From NCBI GenBank assembly GCA_963703345.1, contig OY969814.1, forward strand, positions 384,001-448,000: a DNA stretch of 64,000 nucleotides, in the 5' to 3' direction. Below, piece by piece: positions 21,741 to 33,989 of the stretch (position 1 is the first letter of the stretch; each line of letters begins with the position of its first letter). This DNA comes from an uncultured Chloroflexia bacterium. Its GTDB lineage: Bacteria > Chloroflexota > Dehalococcoidia > DSTF01 > JALHUB01. The translations under genes and the position numbers were made by a program. A model generated the notes under the pieces. The model saw only the letters and a list, made by a program, of their open reading frames with translations. It did not search any database and was not told where the DNA came from.

Positions 21741-22364
21741 CTAGGTTGGGTCGCTGCTGGGGTTGCCAGAATAGAGGTTTTGTTCCTTGATGTAGGCCTC
21801 GACGGGCGGCGGGACGAGGCCCTCCAGCGACACGCCCTTGCGCGCCCACTCGCGTATCGCCGTGGCGCTCACGTCTACAAACGTCATCGGCAGCACGATG
21901 AGCCGTCGCGAGATGCCGGGGATGGCTTTCTCTAGCTCCGTCACTTCCAGCTCGCGACCGGGCGACCGTAGCGCTACCGCCACCCAGGCGAGCGCGACGA
22001 TGCGGTGCGGCTCCTTCCAGTTCGGCATGTCCAGCAGCGCGTCCTCACCGAGCACGAAGAAGAGCTCGGTCTCCGGTCCGTAAAGCGCCAGCAGCTCTCC
22101 CAACGTGTCGACCGTGTACGAGGGCCCGGGCCTGTTCAGCTCGAGCGTCAACACGTCCATGCGCGGCAGCGAGTCGACGGCCAGCCAAGTCATCTCCAGA
22201 CGATGGTCGGCGGCGCTCAGGGGCTGTCCGGCCTTTCGCCAGGGTTCGCGCGCCGGTACAAACAGCAGCTTGTCCAGCTCCAGGTGCTCGAGGGCGACCT
22301 CAGCCAGCCTTAGGTGGCCGACGTGCGGCGGGTCGAAGGTGCCTCCGAGGACACCCAGCTTCAT
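21741..22364 (-). CDS. nadD: Nicotinate-nucleotide adenylyltransferase
   Basis: GVLGGTFDPPHVGH, SYTVDTL, VSATAIR. Confidence 0.96.
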   Translation of the reverse strand: MKLGVLGGTFDPPHVGHLRLAEVALEHLELDKLLFVPAREPWRKAGQPLSAADHRLEMTWLAVDSLPRMDVLTLELNRPGPSYTVDTLGELLALYGPETELFFVLGEDALLDMPNWKEPHRIVALAWVAVALRSPGRELEVTELEKAIPGISRRLIVLPMTFVDVSATAIREWARKGVSLEGLVPPPVEAYIKEQNLYSGNPSSDPT

Positions 22365-23629
22365 CCTTCCCACTCCATCTCCAAGCCAGCGACGCGAATG
22401 CGGTCTCCCGGGCGCGCGCCAGCACGCTTCAGCGCCGCGCCGACGCCCATCCGAATCAGCCGGCGCCGTATCTCCGCGTTCGCCTCGCGGCTGTCGCCAG
22501 TCAGCCTCTCGACCAGCCGCCGAGCGAGCACTCCCTCTACTTCGAACGTGCCGTCTCGCTTCGTCAGGACGAATCGGGGCTGTCGCGGCTGAAGCCTGGT
22601 CACCACGATCGGCGCCGCGGGCTCCTCCTTTGGCCTCGCCTTCTCCTCCGCCAGCGCTTCCATGACCGCGTCCAGCAGTTCGTCAACGCCTTCGCCGGTC
22701 GCGGCGGAGATGAAGAAGGGCATGACACGGGCCCCCGCCAGTTCCGACGCTAGCTCTTCTCGCCGGCGCCGTACGTCCGGCAGGTCAAGCTTGTTCACCG
22801 CGACTAGCTGTCGCTTCTTCGCCAATACCTCGCTGTAGGCGCGAAGCTCCTCGTTTACCGCCTCCATGTCCTGTCGCGGGCCTTCGCGAGTGCCGTCCAG
22901 CAGGTGCAGCAACAATCGCGTCCTCTCGACGTGCCGCAGGAATTCCAGGCCGAGCCCGGCGCCGTCGTGTGCACCGCTTATGAGGCCCGGTATGTCCGCG
23001 AAGACGGCCGCCGCAAAGGCTCTCTCGACCACGCCGAGTACCGGTTCAAGCGTTGTGAACGGATAGTCGGCGACTTTCGGCCGGGCGGCGGAAATGCGGC
23101 GCAGCAGCGTGGACTTGCCGGCGTTGGGGAGTCCGGCTATGCCAACGTCTGCCACCAGCTTCAGGTCGAGGTTGACGTCTAGCTCTTCGCCCTTTTCACC
23201 CTTCTCAGCTATCCGTGGCGCCCGGTTCGTTGAGCTGGCGAAGTGGACGTTGCCGCGACCGCCGCGACCGCCTTTCGCCACAACCATCCGCTGCCCTTCT
23301 TCCGTCAAATCTGCTATCACTTCCCCTTCGCCATCCTCGGCTCGTCGGGCGATCGTTCCTACCGGCACGCGGATGAGTAGATCGGCACCGTTCGCGCCAT
23401 GCTTCTTGCCGCCGCTGCCGGGGCCACCGTTCTCCGCGCGGTAGTAGCGCTTGCGTCGAAAGTGGGCCAACGTGCTGAGGGATGAGTCAACCTCAAGGAT
23501 GACATTGCCCCCCTTGCCGCCGTCGCCACCGTCCGGCCCGCCTTTGGGCACGTACTTCTCGCGCCGAAAGCTCAGCGAGCCGTCGCCGCCGTTTCCTGCC
23601 TGCACGTGAATGCGGACGCGGTCAATCAT
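22361..23629 (-). CDS. obgE: GTPase ObgE
   Basis: FRREKYVPKGGPDGGDGG, GLPNAGKST, DYPFTT, DIPG, NKLD. Confidence 0.97.
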   Translation of the reverse strand: MIDRVRIHVQAGNGGDGSLSFRREKYVPKGGPDGGDGGKGGNVILEVDSSLSTLAHFRRKRYYRAENGGPGSGGKKHGANGADLLIRVPVGTIARRAEDGEGEVIADLTEEGQRMVVAKGGRGGRGNVHFASSTNRAPRIAEKGEKGEELDVNLDLKLVADVGIAGLPNAGKSTLLRRISAARPKVADYPFTTLEPVLGVVERAFAAAVFADIPGLISGAHDGAGLGLEFLRHVERTRLLLHLLDGTREGPRQDMEAVNEELRAYSEVLAKKRQLVAVNKLDLPDVRRRREELASELAGARVMPFFISAATGEGVDELLDAVMEALAEEKARPKEEPAAPIVVTRLQPRQPRFVLTKRDGTFEVEGVLARRLVERLTGDSREANAEIRRRLIRMGVGAALKRAGARPGDRIRVAGLEMEWEG

Positions 23630-23923
23630 CAATCGCACCTCGCGACCATTATACCCACCCGGTACACATCTCTCTTCTCACACTATCGACCCCCTGAGGC
23701 TCCTCTCAAATCGAGAGAGCGGCAGTGAGAGAAGAGGTTACCTGATAGATAGAGGGGCGAGAAACGGTGAAAACGGTGGAGTGAGATTCGGAAAGAAGAT
23801 GGGGGTGGTGGAGAGAAGTGACGGCCGGCGGGAGAAAGCACGGAGCTGGTGGGCGTTTTCAACCGAAGTAGACATAGCGAAGAGGAGGAAAGGAAAGATG
23901 AGAGAGGACAGCAGGGAAAGGAT

Positions 23924-25279
23924 TCAGGCCTGTGAAGATTCGATCTGCTTGCGTATCGTCTGGAGGTCGCTGCTGGTCTGGGGAATAGCCGCGTTCTCGC
24001 GCTCGATCTTGCGACAGGCGTAGAGGACAGTTGAGTGGTCGCGATCGCCAAAGAGACGCCCGATCTGGGTCAGTGGCTGGCAGGCGTCGTGGCGCAGGAG
24101 GTACATGGCGACGTGGCGAGCAGTGGTGACGCGCTTCCCCCGCCCTTCGCCCCGCAGTGATTGAAGCGGCACATCATAGTAGGAGCAGACGGCGTCGATG
24201 ACGCGGTCGGGAGCTGGAGGCGAAGCCACGGCAGCTGGACGGGCGCATATGATGGCCGCATGGACGAGAGAGAGATCGAGTGGGCGACCGGTGAGCCGAG
24301 CATAGGCGACGACGCGATTCAGCGCGCCTTCCAGTTCGCGGACGTTGGCGTAAGCCTGCGACGCTAGGAATTCGAGGGCAGCGGGGTCGGCGTCGGCGTG
24401 GAGAGACGGCGCTTTCTTGCGCAGGAAGGCGAGTCGGGCGGTCGCCGGGAACATGGCGAGGTCGGCGGTGAGGCCTGACTGGAAGCGAGAGCGCAGTCGT
24501 GGCGAGAAGCGGGTCAGGCTTTGCGGCGGCTCGTCGCTGGCCAAGACGACCTGCTTGCCGTTCGACTGGAGGTGGTTGAAGGTGTGGAAAAACTCCTCCT
24601 GAGTCCGTTCCTTGCCGGCGAGGAACTGGATGTCGTCGAGCAGGAGAGCGTCGAGGGAGCGGTATTTGGCGCGGAACTCATCGTTGCGCTTCTGTCGGCT
24701 GGCAAAGACGAACTCGGAGAGGTACTGCTCGGCGGTGACGTAGAAGACGCGGCATCCCTGCGCGAGGAGGCGCTGTGCAATGGCGTGCATGAGGTGCGTC
24801 TTGCCGAGGCCGCTTTCGCCGTAAAGGAAGAGAGGGTTGTGCTCCGGCGCGCCGTTCTGACGGGCGGCGGCGCAAGCGGCGGCGTGAGCCAGGCGGTTGC
24901 AATCGGCTACGACGAAAGTGTCGAATGTGTAGAGCGGGTTGAGGCGGGGCTTTGGCAGAGACGGCACGAACTCGGAGGGTCGCAGCGGATCGATGGCGGC
25001 CGGCGCAGGCGACGGCTCTTCGCTTACGCCGTCGACCCGGAAGCTGACGCGCAGCGGCTGCCCGACGATGCCGGCAAGCGTCTTAGTTATGAGATCTTCC
25101 AGGCGGCCGGCCAGCCACTCGGCGACGAAATCGGACGGAACGCAGACGGTGAGGTGGCCGTCCTCAAGGGAAAGCCCCTTGCTGTCGCGGAGCCAGGTCT
25201 CGAAGTTGGCCCGGGTAACTTGAAGCTGGAGCTGTCCGAGAGCTGCTTCCCAGAGAGCGGTGGCGGAACGTGGCGGCAT
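23924..25279 (-). CDS. dnaA: Chromosomal replication initiator DnaA
   Basis: [46 protein letters not shown]. Confidence 0.97.
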   Translation of the reverse strand: MPPRSATALWEAALGQLQLQVTRANFETWLRDSKGLSLEDGHLTVCVPSDFVAEWLAGRLEDLITKTLAGIVGQPLRVSFRVDGVSEEPSPAPAAIDPLRPSEFVPSLPKPRLNPLYTFDTFVVADCNRLAHAAACAAARQNGAPEHNPLFLYGESGLGKTHLMHAIAQRLLAQGCRVFYVTAEQYLSEFVFASRQKRNDEFRAKYRSLDALLLDDIQFLAGKERTQEEFFHTFNHLQSNGKQVVLASDEPPQSLTRFSPRLRSRFQSGLTADLAMFPATARLAFLRKKAPSLHADADPAALEFLASQAYANVRELEGALNRVVAYARLTGRPLDLSLVHAAIICARPAAVASPPAPDRVIDAVCSYYDVPLQSLRGEGRGKRVTTARHVAMYLLRHDACQPLTQIGRLFGDRDHSTVLYACRKIERENAAIPQTSSDLQTIRKQIESSQA

Positions 25280-25788
25280 CCCGGTTAAGCCTCGATTCTT
25301 TCCAGCGCCATCCGCTTCCTGCTGATGGGCGCGCGACAACGCCGACGCCAGAGATAGGTCGTTTGATGTCCCTTGATAAGGCTTCTAGTGGCTGATAGAT
25401 GCTCTCAGCTCAAGCCGCCGTGGCTCGGGGTTATGAGCCGTGACGGCCGTCGCCTGTGGCCGCGGGCCGGGCGGGAGATCGGCCCTGCACCGCAGAGGAT
25501 AGCGCTGCCAGTGAGGGACGGTCAAGGCTCTTATGATCACTTGGGGGGGAAAATTGCCGCCTTTCGAAAACGGAAAAATGGAGGAGGTGGGCTGCGCTCG
25601 AGCGGCCCGAGGACAGCGCACCGTGCAGCGCAGGACCGGCAGCCACCTATCTGAGGGGCGTCCGCGTGCCACGTGGTCGCGGAAAAGCCTCTGAAATCGG
25701 TATCAAGTTGCCACGCCAAATTGCCGTCCACTATAATGAGCAGCGCTGAAGCGGCCGATAAAGAAGCCGGCTGCTCAGGCAGGTGAAC
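25280..25788. other. Candidate oriC / divergent dnaA-coaX promoter region
   Basis: About 500 bp non-coding next to dnaA; gene-strand bias switches here; TATAAT at 25732; no perfect TTATCCACA seen. Confidence 0.4.
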
Positions 25789-26586
25789 ATGCTACTCGCC
25801 CTCGACATCGGCAATACCGCAATCACAATCGGCGTCTTCGACGGCGAGCAGATCCGCGCCCGCTGGAGCATAGCCACCGACGTCGAGAACCTGGTCGACG
25901 AGTATGCCATCCTGCTGCTCAGCCTCCTCAACACCGAAGGCCTCGGCGCAAAGGACGTCGACGAGGCGATCCTGGGGAGCGTCGTTCCCTCCCTCACGCC
26001 AGTCTTCCAGGAGGTCTGCCGCCGCTACTTCAAAGTCGCGCCGCTGGTCGTTGACCCCGGCGTGCGCACGGGCATCCGCATCCTTTACGACAGCCCGCGC
26101 GACGTCGGCGCCGACCGCGTGATCGACGCTGTTGCCGCCATCAAGCTCTACGGACCGCCGCTGATCATCGTCGACTTCGGGACCGCGACCGTGTTCGACG
26201 CCATCTCCAGAGAGGGCGACTACGTCGGCGGCGTGATTGCGCCGGGCATAGGCATCTCGCTGGAGGCGCTGTTCGAGCGAACGGCCAAGCTGCCGCGCAT
26301 CGAATTGGAGCGCCCGAAGACCGCTATCGGCAAGACGACCGTCAGCGCCATGCAGGCAGGCATCATTTTTGGCTACGTCGGGCTGATCGAAGGCATCATC
26401 GCCCGCATGCGAAGGGAGTTGGACCCGGACGCAAAGGTCATAGCAACCGGCGGCTACGCGCCGCTCATTGCCAAAGAGACGCCCGTGATCCAGGAAGTGA
26501 ACGTGGACTTGACGCTGGTGGGTCTGCGGCTGATTCAGGAAGCGAATCGGGGGCAGACCACGCCCACAGGCAGGCAGGCGCGATGA
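25789..26586 (+). CDS. coaX: Type III pantothenate kinase
   Basis: LDIGNT, VGADR, VDFGTAT, GGVIAPG, IATGG. Confidence 0.96.
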   Translation: MLLALDIGNTAITIGVFDGEQIRARWSIATDVENLVDEYAILLLSLLNTEGLGAKDVDEAILGSVVPSLTPVFQEVCRRYFKVAPLVVDPGVRTGIRILYDSPRDVGADRVIDAVAAIKLYGPPLIIVDFGTATVFDAISREGDYVGGVIAPGIGISLEALFERTAKLPRIELERPKTAIGKTTVSAMQAGIIFGYVGLIEGIIARMRRELDPDAKVIATGGYAPLIAKETPVIQEVNVDLTLVGLRLIQEANRGQTTPTGRQAR

Positions 26587-27803
26587 TGATACTCGAAGGC
26601 AAGCGAATTGTTGTGGGAATAACCGGCAGCGTCGCCGCTCACAAGGGCGCGGACCTGGTGAGCAAGCTTACGCAGGCGGGCGCGCTTGTCGACGTCATTC
26701 TCACGGAGTCCGGCGCCCGCTTCGTGACACCGATCGCGCTGCAGGGGTTGAGCGGACGGCCCGTGTACACGGACGTCTTCGCGACGACGGGCGATCTAGC
26801 GATCTCGCACGTCGAGCTCGGGCGACGGGCCGATGCCGTCGTCATCGCGCCGGCGAGCGCTGCCACGCTGGCTCGTCTGGCGCACGGCCTTGCCGACAAC
26901 CTCCTCTGCCTCACCGTGCTGGCCACCGAGGCTCCGGTACTGCTTGCGCCGGCCATGGACGCGCTGATGTACGAGAATACCGCGACGCAGGCTAATCTGA
27001 AGGTCCTCCGCGATCGCGGGATGATCGTCGTGGGTCCGGCGGAAGGGCGCTTGGCGAGCGGAATGGTCGGACGCGGACGCATGATGGAGCCGGAGACGAT
27101 TGTCGGCGCGCTGCGGCAGGCGCTGGGACGGAAGGGCGACCTAGCGGGACGAAAGGTCGTCGTCAGCGCTGGCGGCACGCACGAGCCGGTCGACCCAGTG
27201 CGATATCTGGGCAACTACTCTTCCGGCAAGATGGGCTACGCGCTGGCGGAGGTGGCACGGGACCGCGGGGCGCAGGTCGTGCTTGTGAGCGGGCCGACGG
27301 CCCTGGCTGCGCCCTTCGGAGTCGATCTCGTCAGCGTGAGGACGGCCGTGGAGATGCGAGGCGCCGTTGTCGCCGCTTGTGCCGGTGCCGATGCGCTCGT
27401 CATGGCCGCGGCTGTTGCGGACTACCGCCCGAGCCGCCCCGCGAGGCAGAAGATCAAGCGCACCGGAGGAGGGATGACGCTGGAGCTCGTTCCGACGCCC
27501 GACGTCCTGGCGGAAGTAAAGGGTGACCTCGTGCGAGTGGCGTTTGCCGCCGAGAGCCAGGACCTGGTGAAGAACGCGTCGGCGAAGATGGCGCGAAAGG
27601 GCGTCGATCTCATCGTCGCCAACGACATCACTGCGGAGGGCTCGGGCTTCGGCACCGAGACGAATCAGGTGACGATCATCGACCGCTCGGGCGCGGCTGA
27701 GAGCCTGCCTCTGCTCAGCAAGTACGACGTCGCGTGGCGCATCCTCGACCGCGTCGTCCCGTTGCTCAAGAAGCGCAGCACGAGGGTCCGCCGCCGGTCC
27801 TAG
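26583..27803 (+). CDS. coaBC: Bifunctional phosphopantothenoylcysteine decarboxylase/ligase
   Basis: GITGSVAAHK, APAM, SAGGTHEPVDPVRYLGNYSSGKMG, AAAVADY, FAAES. Confidence 0.96.
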   Translation: MMILEGKRIVVGITGSVAAHKGADLVSKLTQAGALVDVILTESGARFVTPIALQGLSGRPVYTDVFATTGDLAISHVELGRRADAVVIAPASAATLARLAHGLADNLLCLTVLATEAPVLLAPAMDALMYENTATQANLKVLRDRGMIVVGPAEGRLASGMVGRGRMMEPETIVGALRQALGRKGDLAGRKVVVSAGGTHEPVDPVRYLGNYSSGKMGYALAEVARDRGAQVVLVSGPTALAAPFGVDLVSVRTAVEMRGAVVAACAGADALVMAAAVADYRPSRPARQKIKRTGGGMTLELVPTPDVLAEVKGDLVRVAFAAESQDLVKNASAKMARKGVDLIVANDITAEGSGFGTETNQVTIIDRSGAAESLPLLSKYDVAWRILDRVVPLLKKRSTRVRRRS

Positions 27804-27857
27804 TAGCCACGCCGGGCCGCAAACGAGGGGCGCGTCTCCTTCTCGCACCGCCTTTCC

Positions 27858-27885
27858 GCAAGCCATGCCTACCGGCAGGCAGGCG
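27858..27885 (+). repeat. Dispersed imperfect palindrome (copy 2)
   Basis: GCAAGCCATGCCTACCGGCAGGCAGGCG. Confidence 0.75.
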
Positions 27886-27999
27886 AGCACCGAACTCCGA
27901 GCCCGGACTCTGCCGCGACGCTTCGACCCGCCCAGACGGGCCAGCGTGGCATGGTACAATGCCTTCGAAACATTCTCGAATCGGACTCCCTGGACTCGT

Positions 28000-29088
28000 A
28001 TGGAACTGGCAGTCGTCGGACTTGCCCGCTCGGGCAAAACCACCGTCTTCAACGCCCTGACACACAGTCGAGCGCCAACCGGCACCTATGCCGGCGAAGC
28101 GGAAGTACACGTCGGCGCCGTCAAAGTGCCGGACGAGCGGCTGGACAAGCTGGCCGCGCTCTTCCGGCCGAAGAAAGTCGTGCACGCCGACATCCAGTTC
28201 ACCGACATTCCCGGCGCCCTCACGTGGCGCAGTGCCGGTCGCGGCGAAGGCCCGGGACCGCAGGCCCAGGCCGCGCTCGATCGCGCCGACGCGCTGGTCC
28301 ACGTGGTTCGCGCCTTCCAGAACGAGGCCGTGCCTCATCCTGGCGGGTCCGTCAACCCGGCACGCGACATCGACACGCTCAATCTGGAGTTCGTCTTCGC
28401 CGACCTCGCCGTCGTCGAGAGGCGGTTGGAGCGCCTCGATACGGTCGTTCGTTCCGCGCGCGCCGGCGATCGGGAGGCCGGCGAGAAGGAGATCGCCCTG
28501 CTCAAGCGGGTGAAGGCCGCATTCGAGCAGGAGAAGCCGTTGCACGCCCAGGGCCTCAGCGACGAAGAGCTGCGCTCCCTGGCCAACTACAACCTCCTCT
28601 CGGCGAAACCCGTCCTTCTCGTTCTCAACATTGGCGAGGGTGACGTCGCGCGGCTCGGCGAGATCGAAGAGGAGTACCGCAAGCATGGCCTGGCAACCGC
28701 TATATGCGGCAAGCTTGAGATGGAGCTGGAGGATCTCTCGGACGAGGAGGCGTCGGAGTTCCGGGCCGACCTCGGCCTTAGCGAGCCGCCCGCCGGTCGC
28801 GTCGGACGCCTGGCTTTCGACCTGCTGGGGCTGATCTCCTTCTTCACTCTGGGCGACGACGAGTGCCGCGCCTGGCCCGTTCCCCGCGGCACGCCCGCCA
28901 TTAAGGCCGCCGGCAAGATTCATACGGACCTGGAGCGAGGCTTCATCCGCGCGGAGGTCATGCGCTGGGACGAGCTGCTGGAGCTGGGGTCTCTGGCGGA
29001 GGCGCGGAAGCGCGGCGTCCTGCGCGGCGAGGGGAAGACCTACGAGGTGCAGGATGGCGATATCTTTCACGTCCTCTTCCACGTTTAG
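28000..29088 (+). CDS. ychF: Ribosome-binding ATPase YchF
   Basis: GLARSGKTT, VPDERLD, DIPG, AAGKIHTDLERGFIRAE, YEVQDGDI. Confidence 0.93.
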   Translation: MELAVVGLARSGKTTVFNALTHSRAPTGTYAGEAEVHVGAVKVPDERLDKLAALFRPKKVVHADIQFTDIPGALTWRSAGRGEGPGPQAQAALDRADALVHVVRAFQNEAVPHPGGSVNPARDIDTLNLEFVFADLAVVERRLERLDTVVRSARAGDREAGEKEIALLKRVKAAFEQEKPLHAQGLSDEELRSLANYNLLSAKPVLLVLNIGEGDVARLGEIEEEYRKHGLATAICGKLEMELEDLSDEEASEFRADLGLSEPPAGRVGRLAFDLLGLISFFTLGDDECRAWPVPRGTPAIKAAGKIHTDLERGFIRAEVMRWDELLELGSLAEARKRGVLRGEGKTYEVQDGDIFHVLFHV

Positions 29089-29181
29089 GTTCAACAGGCG
29101 TCCCTTGAAGTCTTCTTGACCCGCTTATGTTCAGAGTGCTACGCTTTTGATGCGCATTATTGAAGCGCGAGGAGGGCGGTC

Positions 29182-29529
29182 ATGCCATTGCTAAGTTTGG
29201 TTTCGCTCGCGGGAATCGGCCCAATGGGCCCTGTGGAGCTGCTTCTGATTCTTGCGGTCGTCATCATAATCTTCGGTGTCGGCCGTCTGCCGGAAGTGGG
29301 CGGCGCGATAGGGAAGGGAATCCGCGAGTTCCGCAAGGCTTCGAAAGAGGACGACGAGCCGAAGCAGATAACGCAGGCGCAGTCGAGCGTTACGCCCGCG
29401 CCACCGGTCCAGAGCCCGCCGGTTCAACAGCAGACGCCGGCCGCCATCTGCGACAAGTGCGGCTGCGCGAACGCGCCGGGCAACCGGTTTTGCGGGCAGT
29501 GCGGGTCGCCGCTTCAGGCGCGCGTCTAG
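29182..29529 (+). CDS. tatA: TatA/E subunit with C-terminal zinc ribbon (start may be 29224)
   Basis: [37 protein letters not shown] plus CDKC..N....RFCGQCG. Confidence 0.88.
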   Translation: MPLLSLVSLAGIGPMGPVELLLILAVVIIIFGVGRLPEVGGAIGKGIREFRKASKEDDEPKQITQAQSSVTPAPPVQSPPVQQQTPAAICDKCGCANAPGNRFCGQCGSPLQARV

Positions 29530-29551
29530 CGACACGGCGATAACAGCGATC

Positions 29552-29586
29552 AGGGCCATCGACGCCGGGCGGCGTCGGTGGCCTTT
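29552..29586 (+). terminator. Strong hairpin after tatA
   Basis: AGGGCCATCGACGCC-GGGC-GGCGTCGGTGGCCTTT. Confidence 0.5.
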
Positions 29587-29828
29587 GGCGTTTCTGCCCG
29601 ACGCGCGCCTGCCTGCCGCATCTGCATAGTGCGTTTCTCTTTCCCACCCACCCGCCCAGAGATGTTGGTCAGGCATGGGGGCACGTCCCCCAGGCCCCCC
29701 TCCAGAGGCGGACCTTCGGCTGGCAAGAGGGCGGCTGCCCTCTGCACGCCCGCTTTCGTAGCTGGGAGCAGCGGCGTCTGCTAGCCACCTCGGGTACATG
29801 ACTTGCACCCCCCTTTGCGTCCGCCCTC

Positions 29829-29887
29829 TTGACAGCCCTCGCGAAAGGGTCGATAATCTAAATAGACCCCCCCCAGGGGGGTAGGGT
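29829..29887 (+). promoter_or_regulatory. csoR-copA sigma70 promoter and CsoR-type operator
   Basis: TTGACA(29829)-17 nt-GATAAT(29852), then a C-tract/G-tract pseudo-palindrome ACCCCCCCCAGGGGGGTA typical of CsoR operators. Confidence 0.75.
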
Positions 29888-29914
29888 GACAGAACCGATG
29901 AAGGAGGCGAGGCA

Positions 29915-30181
29915 GTGCAGGACACAACTCGCGCGGAGAGCCTGAAAAGGCTCAACTACATCGAGGGCCACCTGAACGGCGTCAGGCGCATGATCGAAGA
30001 GGACGCCTACTGCGTCGATATCCTCAAGCAATCGTTTGCCGTGCGTCGCGCCCTTGAGAAGCTGGAGCAGATCATGCTCGAAGGGCACCTGCGCACCTGC
30101 GTTGTCACCGGCATTCGCGATGGCCGCGACGAGCAGGTCGTCGGCGAGCTGCGGGAACTCTACGAGCTGGCGAACAAGTAG
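29915..30181 (+). CDS. csoR: Copper-sensing repressor CsoR
   Basis: [22 protein letters not shown] (C-H-C ligands); upstream of copA. Confidence 0.93.
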   Translation: MQDTTRAESLKRLNYIEGHLNGVRRMIEEDAYCVDILKQSFAVRRALEKLEQIMLEGHLRTCVVTGIRDGRDEQVVGELRELYELANK

Positions 30182-30191
30182 GTGGCCGGCA

Positions 30192-32492
<2,301 letters not shown>

Positions 32493-32520
32493 ACTTAAGA
32501 CGGTGCTCTACTCATTTGGC

Positions 32521-32544
32521 GGGAGGACTGAAGTCCTCCCCCAC
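32521..32544. repeat. REP-like palindrome
   Basis: GGGAGGAC-TGAA-GTCCTCCC flanked by CCAC (GTGG on the minus strand); single copy in window. Confidence 0.4.
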
Positions 32545-32588
32545 GTTCGCGCACCCAGCGGTCTGGCTCTTGTCCCGCGAGGAATCCG

Positions 32589-33989
32589 ATGGCAAGAATA
32601 CGGTTGACGGCGGCGATAGCGGCCGGCAAGCTGGCCGGCATTGCCAGTCGCGCGTTCGGACGCGGCGGCGGCACGGCGCTTCCCGGCGTCCTCGCTGAGA
32701 GGATAAATCCCCGCCTCGTCGAACGACTGGCGGCGCAGCTTGGCCACGGCTCCGTCATGGTCACCGGCACCAACGGCAAGACCACTACGGCCCACATGCT
32801 GAGCAGCGTCGCCGCGAAGGCCGGCTACCTGCCGCTCCACAATCGCAGCGGCTCCAACCTGATGCGCGGCGTCGCTACCGCCCTCCTAGACAAGGCTGGC
32901 CCCCTCGGCAGGCTGTCGCAGGCGGAGCGCCGGCTCGGCATCTTCGAAGTCGACGAAGCTACGCTGCCGGAGGCCGTGGCCGCCGTCAGGCCGCGCGTCC
33001 TCATCTTCACCAACCTTTTCCGCGACCAGCTCGACCGCTACGGCGAGGTCGATTCGATTGCTGCGCGTTGGCGGGACGCGCTGCGAGCGGCGCCCGAGTC
33101 AACGACGGTGGTGCTGAACGCGGATGACCCGTCGGTTGCCGCGCTCGAAGCTTCCGCCCATGGCCATGTGGTCTCCTACGGCATCGATGACCGCGCGCCC
33201 GCTCTTGCCGCGCCCGAGCACGCCGCCGACTCACGCTGGTGCCCTGATTGCGGCGGCGAATACCGCTACGATCTGCTTTTCTATGGCCACGTCGGACACT
33301 GGCGCTGCCCGGGCTGCGACAAGCGTCGTCGCGAGCCGGATGTACGCGCAACGAACGTCCGCCTGGAGGCTGGCGCGACGCGTCTGAGCGTCGCGACGCC
33401 GCGGGGCAACGTCGGGCTGTCGCTGCGTCTCAGCGGCCTCTACAACGCCTACAACGCCCTCGCCGCTCTCGCCGGCGGCCTGGCCCTGGGAATCGACCCG
33501 GCGGTTGTGTGCGAGGGCATCGAGGCGGTCGCCGCGGCCTTCGGACGCCAGGAGCGCTTCCAGATCGACGGTCGGCGGGTGCAGGTCTTCCTGGGGAAGA
33601 ATCCCGCCGGCCTCAACCAGGTGCTGCGGACCATCGCCGCGCTCCCCGGCGAGAAGCGACTGCTCCTTCTCCTCAACGACGACATAGCGGACGGGCGCGA
33701 CGTCTCCTGGATCTGGGACGCCGATTTCGAACTGCTGGCCGGCAAAGCGGTTTGGACGGCGGCGTCGGGGCGGCGCGCCGAGGACATAGCGCTGCGACTG
33801 AAGTACGCGGGCTTCCCGCCGGACCTGCCGGTCGTCGGCAGCGCGGAGGAGGCGCTCAAGCTGGCCCTTCGCAATACGCCCGCTGGCGGCGATCTCTACG
33901 TCCTGCCCACCTACACGGCCATGCTGGAAGTGCGCGCGCTGCTGGCCAAGCGCGGCGGCGTAGCGCCCTACTGGGAGGAGCAACCGTGA
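32589..33989 (+). CDS. murT: MurT (Mur-ligase-like, DUF1727), lipid II isoglutaminyl synthase subunit
   Basis: GGGTALPG, VTGTNGKTT, NLFRDQLDRYGE, C4 zinc insert, KNPAG, DGRDVSWIWD, TYTAML. Confidence 0.93.
   Translation: MARIRLTAAIAAGKLAGIASRAFGRGGGTALPGVLAERINPRLVERLAAQLGHGSVMVTGTNGKTTTAHMLSSVAAKAGYLPLHNRSGSNLMRGVATALLDKAGPLGRLSQAERRLGIFEVDEATLPEAVAAVRPRVLIFTNLFRDQLDRYGEVDSIAARWRDALRAAPESTTVVLNADDPSVAALEASAHGHVVSYGIDDRAPALAAPEHAADSRWCPDCGGEYRYDLLFYGHVGHWRCPGCDKRRREPDVRATNVRLEAGATRLSVATPRGNVGLSLRLSGLYNAYNALAALAGGLALGIDPAVVCEGIEAVAAAFGRQERFQIDGRRVQVFLGKNPAGLNQVLRTIAALPGEKRLLLLLNDDIADGRDVSWIWDADFELLAGKAVWTAASGRRAEDIALRLKYAGFPPDLPVVGSAEEALKLALRNTPAGGDLYVLPTYTAMLEVRALLAKRGGVAPYWEEQP

Noticed and set aside
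23683-24051. ORFs of 122/137 aa across the obgE-dnaA spacer
   Set aside because: Low-complexity translations of a purine-skewed non-coding tract overlapping dnaA
33248-33985. Long N-terminal extension of gatD in the ORF track
   Set aside because: Off-frame read-through of murT typical of high-GC DNA; GTG 33986 gives the family N-terminus
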